Source of the DNA: Tubulanus polymorphus
Taxonomy: Eukaryota > Animalia > Nemertea
Direction: 5' to 3'
DNA length: 64,000 nucleotides
Assembly (NCBI RefSeq): GCF_964204645.1
Contig: NC_134035.1
Coordinates: 1,302,001 to 1,366,000 of the forward strand
The number at the start of each line of letters is the position of its first letter. Position 1 is the stretch's first letter. The position numbers and the translations under genes were made by a program. Below, piece by piece: positions 26,289-38,408 of the stretch. The notes under the pieces are model-generated. The model ran no database searches. It saw only the letters and a program-made list of their open reading frames with translations, and was not told the DNA's origin.

Positions 26289-27387
26289 ATCGGAGCCGCC
26301 CTAAAAACAACAAAAGTAAAGTCACGCATGAATACGTACAATATTGTGTTGGGGAAACAATCTATATATGTAGAATATTCTACGATAAAAGAATTAGTTC
26401 TTGAAATATTCTGATTAAAGTGATATACAGAATATCGTGAATGAAAAATCAAAGGTATTCATCATTATATAGGTCTACATTACAGCATTGGAATGAATAT
26501 GGTGAGAAGAATTAAAAAAACTCGTTGGAAATACGTTGGAATATTAAACAAAAACCAATAAACTGCCCGCAAAAAGTAGTAAAATTCTCCAAACTATTCT
26601 ACGCATCTTTTAGCAACGATCAAAACAACAAATAACTGCGCAAAGGCTTACCTTATTTCAGTAACGTACAAAGTAACGGTGATATTTCAAAACGCCTCGA
26701 AATCCTGATCATCGTTTAACACGGAGGCCACCGTGGAGCAACTGCCGCTGAGGACAACAGACTCATCGAAAACTACCTTCCAATGTATAATCATATATCT
26801 CAATATGATAATCACGTCTGATACGCGGCAGTAAGGCCAGAGGGAAGTTATAGATTTTACAAGCTAACCACCGCTTTGCTGCCGAGAATATGTTAGAATA
26901 TCAGCCTCTGGCAAAGTGAACCGATGGGATTTTCTATATTCACGGATATCACGCGGTGTTAAACGGTTAATTTCGAGCACAAACTTGGACGGATTTTCGG
27001 TGTATAATTATCAATATCGCGCGTACGGATCTCAAAGATCAAAGCTTCAGAATTTCAGACTCGAGCAAAACCGAATGATACTTAATTGCAAGGTATGGTG
27101 TTCGTAGAACCAACTCCACCATGCCTCCAGCTTGTCACTTCTCGACAAACTCTAGCTAAATTTCAACGTCGAGTCACAAACTTTTAGGCTATACCTCTCT
27201 AAGGTATCGAGTTCACGGAGAGTTCGCAAACACTGCAAATAAATCTACAGAGTTGGTTTTTTCATATTTAAAACTCGTTGAAAACAAGTGAAACGCCCGG
27301 TAGCATTCATAAACAGAATCACTAAATAAATCAAGTAACGCATTTTCTATACCGTAGATTTATTTCACTCGGTAATTTAGTAACAAT

Positions 27388-28325
27388 CTAATTTGAAGAC
27401 ATCGTCGACTTGATCCAGTTAACGTAGTGCGAAACGCGCGTGAAGACGGCCGGTCTGGAACCCGAATCTCTAGGACCGGCAAACGACGCTATACCGACCT
27501 GTACCCATTGACTACCGCGTCGACACGCTAGAGGTCCTCCGCTGTCACCCTGAAAACAAGTGGCATCAGACCACAATTAGGTTAGTAGCTCGAAGATGCG
27601 TAGGGCCGGACCCCAAAAATAGTACCTAGAGTGAAGAAGAGGTTGCCATAATTTCTGCAAATGGGATAGGTAACGAATTTCGGTTATATGTATGAAATCC
27701 ATTGATCCTGAGAGACAGATTGATGATGAAATAAGGGATTCCCTGGACTTTTTTTGCTGTGAGTAAGGGTACCAAACACGGTGGGGGATTCCCTTAGATA
27801 TTTGGCTCGGATGTACTGGCATACCTGTACTGGGATACCCCTACTTTCTAAAGGTTTGATTATTTCAAAAGTTAGGTTGGGTATGTGGGGCGAAACGTCT
27901 TGTTTTTGATAAATTTTTGCTAAGTAAAGTCACAGTGGCCATCTTGGATGACATCATGACCTAGTTTGGTAATGATGATAGATCATTCGATTTCACATTT
28001 TCGAGTGAAAAGTGAAAGCATGGACTATCATAGGAGTTGATAGCCAAAATGTACATTTGAGAATCCATGATCCATACCATCGCTTATACCCTATAGGGTA
28101 CAGCGTTAGCAGGCCTTCGTTCAATGCGGGCTAAAATGATAAATTAAATCTAACGCGTAGCCGTGTTACTGGAGCCGCGGGTAATAGTGTATAAAGTTGC
28201 CGCAGATAAATTTCCTTGAATTTGATTACTAGATACTACTATATAAAACTTATATACGAGGCTTTATACTTACGAGCAGCGAGAATGTAGCAAAATGCAA
28301 TTATACACGTTAACGTGACGCGCAT
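27388..28325 (-). pseudogene. Protease array copy A: signal-peptide exon plus terminal exon only (exons 2-6 missing)
   Basis: Exon 28325-28274 ([17 protein letters not shown], phase 1) and exon 27549-27388 (GDSGGPLACRRGSQWVQVGIASF...SSN*, phase 0). No internal exons lie between them, and direct splicing gives an immediate stop. Confidence 0.8.
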
Positions 28326-29017
28326 TGTACTCAAATACATCCACAAAACAGTGTGAAAAAAATTAAAAATCGCAATATCTATAGTGATATTTAGATATCT
28401 ATTAGTTGGAATATATAAATCATAAAAAATGATGATATTTCTTTGATAGCGCGCGTGGGAACAATACTTCATGCGTTTATTTATTTATTTTTTTCATCTG
28501 CAGATACAAATTTCGTGATGATACTAATATAATCTAATCATATACAACAATCATGAGCAACATAGACGTAAGAATTAACGCTAGAAAAATTCGGGAATAT
28601 TTCATTGCTTTTTTTACGAAACGACAGAGTATAAGGGTTTGAATGTCAATGAAGTCAAAATAAAAACTCAGAAAAATCATTCTTTGAAAAAAAAGCGAAC
28701 TGTAGGCCACAAAGTGTTTCTATAAAATGTATAAAATACGTCGATAGGTGCATAGTTTACTATCGATACCAGACTCAATGATTATGTGGTTAAAAGGATG
28801 AAACCAATCGCGTGATAAAACATTGAATTGATTTAGATATCGTGGAGATTCCGCATACACTGCAAACACATCTACAGAGTTGGTTTTTCATGTTTGAAAC
28901 TCATTGAAAACAAGTAAATCGCCCGGTTACATTCATAAACAGAATCACTAAATAAATCAAGTAACACATTTTCTATACCGTAGATTTATTTTACTCGGTA
29001 ATTTCTCTAGTAACAAT

Positions 29018-31536
29018 CTAATTCGAAGATATCGTCGAGTTGATCCAGTCGACGTAGTTTGAAACACGCGTGAAGACGGCCGATTGCGCACCCGGGACCC
29101 CAGGCGACAGCGCAATACCAACCTGCACCCATTCATGACCAGTATGACACACTAGGGGTCCACCACTGTCAGCCTGAAATGCATTATAGCGTTGTTGGTC
29201 CCAGGTATTAATTATCATCATACGATTATCATTAATTGCAAAGTTAAATCGTCGATAGAGAGTTGAGGGAGTTAGATAATCATAGAAGCGTAAACACGAT
29301 GAACAAAAACCCAAAAAGCCGCTACAACGAGCACCAGAAGGTTGAAAAGAAAGAGTAAAACAAGAGGAGACGAAAAGACGAAAAGAAAATGAGGCTCGAT
29401 TCAGGCAATATACAAACCTCACATATGCCTACGCCTATATCAAACTCATAACCAGCGCACAGGTTTATTGCAGTGTCCACTCCACGCTGACTAAAACAAT
29501 CGCGACCAGTTGTGATCGGCAGGCGAATCTCCCTCGCCTTGGAAGTTACAGATTTACCTGTACACACGAGAAACAATATGTTTTACCAGAAATGAAGAAT
29601 TATTATTCCCCCCGTTAGCGCCATCCTGGTAATAAGAATTGAGGAAGTGTTCCGGAAGGGTCCCGGGGACATCATTTACGATGATAGAATAAATAGAATA
29701 AGAGATATTTTTCTTTTTATTTCGAAATTTTCCGTTGAGATCCAAGGCCATCCCCAGGACATCATTTACAAAAAATAAAACTTCGATTTGATTTTTGTCC
29801 AGTTATTATCTCAACATAACTTCAATTTTTTATTAAAGGTAAATGATTTTATGTCGAGAACGTAAATGATTTTATATCGAGATAACAACTCAACAAAGAA
29901 TCGGCAAAACATTTTATTAGTCGTAAATGATATTTGTTGAAACATATCTCGAATGAAAGTTGAATTTTTATTTCTCGTTAATGACGTCCCAATTTACCTA
30001 TAGATCCGGGTTAACATTTCAAATACCCAACTAAAACCCCGAAATAGTATGTTAAATCTCACTGTATTTCATTGATTTCTATCCGTCCTTACGGTAGGTA
30101 TTTACTAGTGAGATGAACGGTTCCAAACATACCGAACCGTCACAACGTTTTTAAAGTTGCATACATTTTATCAAAATCTGTGGAATACTCACCGTCGGCC
30201 GTGCAGCCTCGTCCTTTCATTACACAGGACTGTCCAGGCTCTGGAAATGATGGTGACGTGCCTGGTAACTTGATACTAGCTTTAAAGAAGAATCTTTTTT
30301 CGGCTGGTACCGGTTTCTTCAACTTCACCAGAGCTATGTCGTTCTCCCATTGTCCTGCAATAAGAAAAACGTTATGTATACTATACGTACACGCCATATA
30401 TTTTAAAATGGTGAACTTTGCGGGCGCTCTTTTGAGGACACATACCTCTCCTAATGAAATAGCGAGGATGTAAGATAATCTTTTCGACGTCCATATCCCA
30501 TTCGACCCTGTTGTCCTTCTTGAGAGCTTTACCGAGCCAACCTTTGATTGTACCGATAACGCCAGACTATCATACAAAATATTTAACCATCCGTCACATT
30601 CGGACTAAAGTTAGAGTTAATTTAAAAAGCAGTGATTATTTTTATTTCTTCCTTACGCTCAATTTCGTTGAGGCTGTCCAGCCTTTAGGATCATCTAAAT
30701 CGTACTTGTTGCTGAAAAATTGCGATGGAATTATTTTCAACAGATTTGAGAGCGCCACTGAAATTTTCTCAACGCGGGCAGATGGTAGTTAATTCATTTG
30801 AATCTTACTGGACGAAGCAATGAGCCGCGGTTAAAATCCATCGGTCATTGATGAGCGATCCGCCGCAAGTCCAGGTCTTCTTCAACAGAGGAACGCCAAC
30901 TACTGATGCGGTCGTAAATTTACCCCGTAATGAAACGACCCACGAATCCATATCCTCGCTAGCGATTTCTTTACCGCCGATAATTCGCCAGTCGCCATCG
31001 TCTGCACCAGCGACCGCTTTAAAAATACGAGGAAATCAGCAATTGAGTTATAAAAGCCGAGATATGACACAGGTGTCGGGTTATGGACCAATGACTTCAA
31101 TCTAGAATATGATAACTCATTTATTCGTCAATTCGTCAATTAACCTCACATGATTTAAACCCACTTTGTACAAATCTAAAAGCGAAATCTATTATTCCAA
31201 AAAAATAAAAAATCGAAAATTCGAAACGTCGACTTACTAAGTTAACCACCTTGTTAGAATTAGAATTGAGGATAGAGATTTTAATTCTTTCTTTACGTAG
31301 GTCTATTTAACAAATATCTGAATTAAATCTAGCACGGAACTGTGGCACTGGACCCTGGAGTAGTCTACAAAATGGCCTCAAATAAATTGTGCTTGACTTA
31401 TCCTATCACAGCGATTCAGGATAAAGGCCGAAGCCTTCGAATTTGATTACTAGATATTACTATAAAACGAGGCTTAATACTTACGGGCAGCGAGAATGCA
31501 GCAGAATGCAATTATACACGTTAAAATGGCGCGCAT
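29018..31536 (-). CDS. Protease array copy B: S1 serine protease with altered oxyanion-hole motif (ADSGGP)
   Basis: Exons 31536-31485, 31016-30809, 30711-30657, 30566-30446, 30354-30193, 29557-29418 and 29173-29018 are all in phase. WR|IIGG, TAAHC, NDIAL, KGRG (for TGWG) and ICEADSGGP. Confidence 0.88.
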
Positions 31537-32066
31537 TGTACTCAAATACACCCAATAAACAGAGTGAAAAAGTGACAATTAATCGCAATATCTGGTGATA
31601 TTTATAAGTGTCAATGAATTAATGTTAACAAATGATAACAATTTTTTGACAACGTGTGGGAAAATATTGTTGTATGCATGTATTTTTTCTCATCTGCACA
31701 CACAAATGACGCCGGATTCGTGATGATAAAATCCACAGAATCTAATCACGTACAAAATTTGACCCACATATTTTAGCGTGTATCGTTAATTCTAATTTCT
31801 AATCAATCAATATTTCACGTATTTTTTCGAAACGGAAGCAAAATGAAATGGTGGCTGATTTGGACCATACTGAAAAAAAATCCGGTACGGCTAGAGGTAC
31901 AATAAAAATGTTAGCATTAGCCTGTGTTTTTGTTGTTTTCTCCCGTTAGAAAACTGATGGGACAATGTTTAAATTTTATATCATGCCGTATAGAATTTTT
32001 TTTTAGTATGGTCTGAATCAGCCACCATAGCATAAGGCTTTGAGGAAAGTAAATAAGACAGCGAAT

Positions 32067-32255
32067 GACTGTAGTGAACTGATATAAATTTCAGTATAGT
32101 TAACGAATAAAAACCCGCAGAAGCTTTGTAGAAAAAGTTTATTTTCTTACAGTTTCGGGGTTAATTCTTAACCTCATCTTCAGAGGAACAAAACATATTA
32201 GAAACTTTAAGAAAATAAACTTTTCTACAAATCTACTGTGGGTTTTTATTTGAAA
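32067..32255 (-). mobile_element. Short Penelope-like fragment with inverted repeat and minimal hammerhead motif
   Basis: Absent from the paralogous region upstream of copy C. Flanked by ACAGCGAAT (32058-66 and 32256-64). Inverted repeat at 32106-32250. Minus strand reads CTGAAGA-T-GAGGTTAA-gaa-TTAACCCC-GAAA-CTG-TA. Confidence 0.6.
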
Positions 32256-33057
32256 ACAGCGAATATTCATTCTTTGAGAATAGTTACTAGTTAAAGCCGA
32301 TGTGAATCATGTAGGCCGTCAGCTAACAAAGTTCATGTATGTTTTCAAAGGTATCTCATACCAGAGGTCGGTCCCGCTAGTGGCCTCAGACACGGATAAT
32401 TAATCTGAGAAATGCTTTTTATTTCCTCTCGTCCCCGCCTTCACCTACAGATCCACCTGCCATGTTTTGATTTCGATATACGCAACATCAGCGAGTTGAA
32501 TTTAGCTCGTGTTGAACTAAGGACCGCGCTGATTCAATTTCTAGGGTACCCGGCATGATACCAGGGCGTTTGTTCACGATGGAATTGGCAGAGTCAAAAA
32601 TGACTAGGCTGGGAAAGTGGCAGAACAAAAAGTTACGCAATCATCTTAATTGTAAATTGATGGAAAATGCACATTTACATTTGGAAGTAGAATAGCAGAA
32701 CCAGAATTGATGCAGATGTATGTCCCGACCATCTTACGAACTGTAGGCCACAAAGTGTTTCTATGAAATGTATAAAATACGTCGATAGGTGCATAGTTTA
32801 TTATCGATGCCAGACTCAATGATTATGTGGTTAAATGGATGAAACCAATCGCGTGATAAAACATTGAACTGTGATTAGATCGTGGATTTTCTCATACACT
32901 GCAAACACATCTACAGAGTTGGTTTTTCATATTTAAAACTCGTTGAAAACAAGTGAAACGCCCGGTTACATTCATAAACAGAATCACTAAATAAATCAAG
33001 TAACACATTTTCTATACCGTAGATTTATTTCACTCGGTAATTTCTCTAGTAAACATT

Positions 33058-36000
33058 TTAATTCGAAGACATCGTCGACTTGATCCAGTCGACGTAGTTT
33101 GAAACACGCGTGAAGAGGCCCGGTTTCAGGCCCGGGTCGCCAGGCGAGAGCGCAATACCAACCTGCACCCACTCATTACCACGCTGACACGCTAGAGGTT
33201 CACCGCTGTCAACCTGAAATGCATTATAGCGTAGTAAGTCCCTGATATAAATCATCATTATACGATTATTATTAATTTCAAAATTAAATCTTCGATATAG
33301 AGTTGAGGTAGTTCGATAATCATAAAAGTGTAAACACGATGAATCTTATTTTCAGATGAGTAAATAAGTTTATTGATAACGAACGTTTTCGGGAATATTT
33401 CCCCTCATCGGGTATAAAACAAGTGACTGCAAATGGATAACATAGAGGTATACATACAAATCTCTGGTAATGACAAACTATTGAAATCGACTAATTAAAC
33501 ACTTGAAATTAACTGGTTGAATAGATTTCAACACTACTATGGACTAATTGAATATCAACAGTGTTTAATTAGCCAAAGCTATTAGTTTCGTCAGAAATGA
33601 AAAGCCAAAAGGCCGCTACAACGAGCACCAGAAGCAAGGTCCGATCTAAGCACTTGTCCGATTCACCCAGTCCTGGCAGTGGTTGTCTCCACCAGTGATC
33701 TCCGTCGTTCTACGATCCTAGTGTTACCAACTGTGGTACATCAGGGTTTTTGGTGAATTGTCCGATTACTCGGGACAAGTATATTATCATAAGGGCAAGT
33801 AGATTATCATTATCACTTATCCAACGGGCTAGTGCAATTTTATGTCACAAAGCTTTTCCCCACTTGATACAACAGACGATATAGTGCCACCAATCGGACT
33901 GCTTGTGTAGGGCAAGTAGCTTTTGGAATGGCAAGCGAAATTTCAGATATGCTTGCCCCCCCCCCCCCCCCGGGCAAGTGGGTTTCATTCCTTAGATCGG
34001 ACCCTGGGTTGAAAAGAAAGAGTAAAACAAAAGAGAAGACGAAAAGACGAAGAACAAGAAAATGAGGCTACGTAGAGCAAACAATCGATTGAGGCAATAT
34101 ACAAACCTCACATATTCCTTGCTCTATATCCACAAAGTTACCAGCGCACAGAATTATAAAAGTATCTACGGAATTCTTGCTGTAACAATCGCGACCAGTT
34201 GTGATCGGCAGACGAAGCTCCTTCGCCTTGGAAGTTACAGGTTTTTCTGTACACACGAGAAACAAAAACCAAGCGTCATTTTGTTTTACCAGAAATGAAG
34301 AATTATTAGTCCCCCCGTTAGCGCCATCCTGGTAATAAGAATTCAGGAGTGTTGAAGAAGGATCCCGGGGACATCATTTACAAGAAATAAAATTGCGATG
34401 TATCTCAATAACAATAATTAATTTACGATTGATAAAAATTTTTGTCGATTTCATATCGCGAAATAGAATCAGAAATTTTTTTCTTATTTCAAAATTTTCC
34501 CATCCCCGGGACATCGTTTATAAAAGATAAAACTTCGATTTTGTGTCCAGTTATTATGTTGAGTTATTATCTCAACATAAATTCAATTTTTCATCAATCG
34601 TAAATGATTTTATGTCGAGATAACAACTCGACAAAGAATCGGCAAAACTTTTTAATAGTCGTAAATGATATTTTGTTGGGACATCTCAACTCTTTATTTC
34701 TCGTAAATGACGTCCCAATTCACCTATAGATCCACCCCTGGGGTTAACATTTGAAATACCCAACTAAAACCCCGAAATAGTATGTTAAATCTCACTGTAT
34801 TTCATTGATTTCTATTCGTCCTTACGGTAGGTATTTTGCTAGTGAGATGAACGGTTCCAAACATACCGAACCGTCACAACGTTTTTAAAGTTCGTGTGCA
34901 AACTATGCATACATTTTATCAAAATCTGTGGAATACTCACCGTCGGCCGTGCAGCCTCGTCCTTTCATTACACAGGACTGTCCGGGCTCTGGAAATGATC
35001 GTGACGTGTCTGGTAATGTGATACTAGCAATATTGGGTAATTCTGGTCCGAATGGTACCGGTTTCTTCAACTTCACCAGAGCTAAGTCGTGCTCCCATTT
35101 TCCTGCAATTAGAAAAACGTTATGTATACTATACGTACACGCCATATATTTCAAAATGGCGAACTTCGCGAGCGCTCTTTTGAGGACACATACCTCTCCT
35201 AATGACATAGTAGGGATGTAAGATAATCTTTTCGACGTCCATATCCCAGTTGTCATTCTTGAGCCAACCTTTGATTGTACCAACAACGCCGGACTAAATA
35301 TATAATATTTAACCATCCGTCATATTCGAGTTGCATTGACGAACTAGAGTTCATTTCAAAATCAGTAACGAGACGAGTCGTACTGTATGATAGGTTAACT
35401 ATTTATTTGACGCACGAGCTTTCGCTACAAGCTTCATTAGGTGAATGAGTACGGTCAATAGAAAAAAAACATTGACTATACTCATTCACCTCAAGAAGCT
35501 CTATACATTAGTAGCGAAAGCTCGTGCGTCTAATAAACTAGTTAAACTATAAAGTACTATTCTGTCTGGTTGTATTCATTGCTATCTATCTAATACTACT
35601 AGTAGCGAAACTAGTTTGAAACTAGTAGACAACTACTAGCAGAGAAAGCTCGTACTTCAAATAAACTAGTCGAACCTATAAAGTACTATTCGTCTATTTC
35701 TATCTATCTAATACGCTTTCAGTCTGGGATGTTTAATGAAGTAATATTCGTCTATTTCTATCTATCTAATACGCTTTCAGTCTGGGATGTTTAATGAAGA
35801 ACTATTCGTCTATTTCTATCTATCTAATACGCTTTCAGCCTGGGATGTTTAATGAAGAACTATTCGTCTATTTCTATCTTGTTAACTTGTTTATAGACGC
35901 ACGAGCTTTCGCTACTAGTGTATAGTAGCTTCATCGGGTGAATGAGAGATGAAGCTACTATTCATTAGTAGCGAAAGCTCGTGCGTCAAATAAATAGTTA

Positions 36001-36979
36001 ACCTATATAGTACTACTCGTCTCGTTACTTATTTTAAACCAGGTTAACGCGGCTACTCGACGAATAATTTCAAAAGCAATGATTATTTTCATTTCTTCCT
36101 TACGCTCGATTCCGTGGAGGCCGGTCTCACTGTCCAGCCTGTAGGATCATCTAAATCGTATTTGTAGCTGAAAAATTGCAATGGAATAATAATTTTCAAC
36201 AGATTTGAGAGCGCCGCCGAAAAATTCTCAACGCGGGCAGATGGAAGTTAATTCATTTGAATCTTACTGGATGAAGCAATGAGCCGCGGTTAAAATCCAT
36301 CGGTCATTGATGAGCGATCCGCCGCAAGTCCAGGTCTTCTTAAACAGAGGAACGCCGATCATTGACGTGGTCGTAAATTTACCCCGTAATGAAACGACCC
36401 ACGGAGAAATTCCCTCGCTAGCGACGGCTTTAAAAATACGAGGAAATCAGCAATTGAGTTATAAAAGCCGAGATATGACACATTGTCGGGTTATGGATCA
36501 GTGATTTCAATCTAGAAAATGATAACTCGATTATTCGTCAATTAAGTTGACCTCACATGATTTAAACCCACTTTGTACAAATCTAAAAGCAAAACTATTA
36601 TTCCAAAATAAAAAATATAAAAAACGAAAATTAAGTTAACCTTGTTAGAATTAGAACTGGGGACGACTTACTAAGTTAACCTTGTTAGAATTAGAACTGG
36701 GGATTGATATTTTAATTCTTTCGTTATGTAGGTCATTTTTAAAATGAACTATTTAACAAATATCTGCATTAAATCTAGCACGGAACTGTGGTACTGGACC
36801 CTGGAGTAGTAGTCTACAAAATGGCCTCAAATAAATTGTGCTTGACTTATCCTATCACAGCAATGGCCGAAGGATAATGGCCGAAGCCTTCGGATTTGAT
36901 TACTATAAAACGAGGCTTTATACTTACGAGCAGCGAGAATGCAGCAGAATGCAATTATACACGTTAAAATGGCGCGCAT
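33058..36979 (-). CDS. Protease array copy C: serine-protease homolog (probably inactive), lacking the propeptide and IIGG, with VDSGEP
   Basis: Exons 36979-36928, 36427-36268, 36167-36104, 35293-35194, 35102-34941, 34246-34107 and 33213-33058 join without stops. All deletions are multiples of 3. TAAHC and HDLAL are retained. Confidence 0.82.
33344..33596 (-). mobile_element. Penelope-like fragment carrying a minimal hammerhead motif, in intron 6 of copy C
   Basis: Absent from the copy B intron. Minus strand 33416-33378 reads tac-CCGATGA-G-GGGAA-ata-TTCCC-GAAA-ACGT-TC-gtt. Confidence 0.55.
33635..34006. mobile_element. Non-autonomous TIR element (CAGGGTCCGATCTAAG termini) in intron 6 of copy C
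   Basis: TIR caaggtccgatctaag / cttagatcggaccctg. It interrupts the sequence gcaccagaag|gttgaaaag seen intact in copy B. A reverse-oriented family member lies at 56220-56464. Confidence 0.85.
35362..36066. mobile_element. ~700-bp foldback insertion with inverted hammerhead-like units and 58-bp internal tandem repeats (Penelope-derived candidate)
   Basis: Absent from the copy B and D introns. Flanked by ATTTCAAAA (35353-61 and 36067-75). Long inverted arms agtaacgagacgagt...actcgtctcgttact. Repeated unit GATGAAGCTACTA-n5-TAGTAGCGAAAGCTC on both strands. Confidence 0.8.
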
Positions 36980-38408
36980 TGTACTCAAATACACCCAATA
37001 AACAGAGTGAAAAAAGTGAAAATTAATCGCAATATCTGGTGATATTTATAAGTGCGAATGAATTAATGTTAACAAATGATAACAATTTTTTGACAACGTG
37101 TGGGAAAATATTGTTGTATGCATGTATTTTTTCTCATCTGCACACACAAATGACGCCGGATTCCTGATGATAAAACGCGCAGAATCTAATCATGTACAAT
37201 CATGGGTGATTAGAAATTAGAATTAACGATACACGCTAAAATATGTGGGTCAAATATTCCATGTCATTTTTCGAAACGAAAGCAAAATGAAATGGTGGCC
37301 GAATCGGGACATGAAAAAAAATGTTTATATTGGCCCGCGTTTGTTGTTGTTTGCTACGTCGAGAAAACAAAAAATGGTCCAATGTTAAAGTTCTATATAT
37401 TGTCTATACGTTTTAGTATGGTCCGAATTAGCCATCACAGAATAAGGCTTTTATGGTTTGAAAGTAAATAAAACAGCGAATATTCATTCTTTGAAAATAT
37501 GTTACTAGTTAAAGCCGATGTGAATCATGGAGGCCGATTCCGATTCAGCTCACAAAGTTCATGTATTTTTTCAAAAGTATCTCATACTAGAGGTCCGTCC
37601 CGCTAGTGGCCTCAGACACAGATGTCTATTCAGAGAAATGCTTTTTTATTATCTCTCGACCACCAATTTCTAATTCACCAATAGAACCGCCCGCGATGTT
37701 TTGATTTCGATATACGCAACATCAGTTACTAACAACTTGATATCGGACAAATCTTGATATTTGACTCTAGATCGCGGTAAATAACGTAACGCTTACAAGG
37801 ATGCGAGTTAATGGTGCTCGTCCAGGCACTAGCGCGTGTGGGTATCAGGGTTATCACTGGACGTGTTGAACTGGGGACCGTGCTGATTCAATTTCGAGGG
37901 TACCCGACATGTTGCCAGGACGTTTGTCCACGATGAAATTGGGTCAAAAATGACTAGGCTGGGAAAGAAGCAGAACAAAAAGTTACACAATCATCTTAGT
38001 TGTAAATTGATGGAAAATGCACATTTTGGAAGTAGAATAGCAGAACCAGAATTGATGCAGATGTATGTCCCGACCATCTTACGAACTGTAGGCCACAAAG
38101 TGTTTCTATGAAATGTGTAAAATACGTCGATAGGTGCATACGTAGTTTATTTTCGATACCACGCCCAATGATTATGTGGTTTAAAGGATGAAACCAATCG
38201 CGTGATAAAACAATATGAACTGTGATTAGATATCGTGGAGATTCCGCATACACTCAATAACAAATCGACAGAGTTGGTTTTTTCATGTTTGAAACTCATT
38301 GAAAACAAGTGAAACGCCCGGTTAGATTCATAAACAGAATCACTGAATAAATCAAGTAACACATTTTAAATACCGTAGATTTATTTCACTCGATAATTTA
38401 GTAACAAT

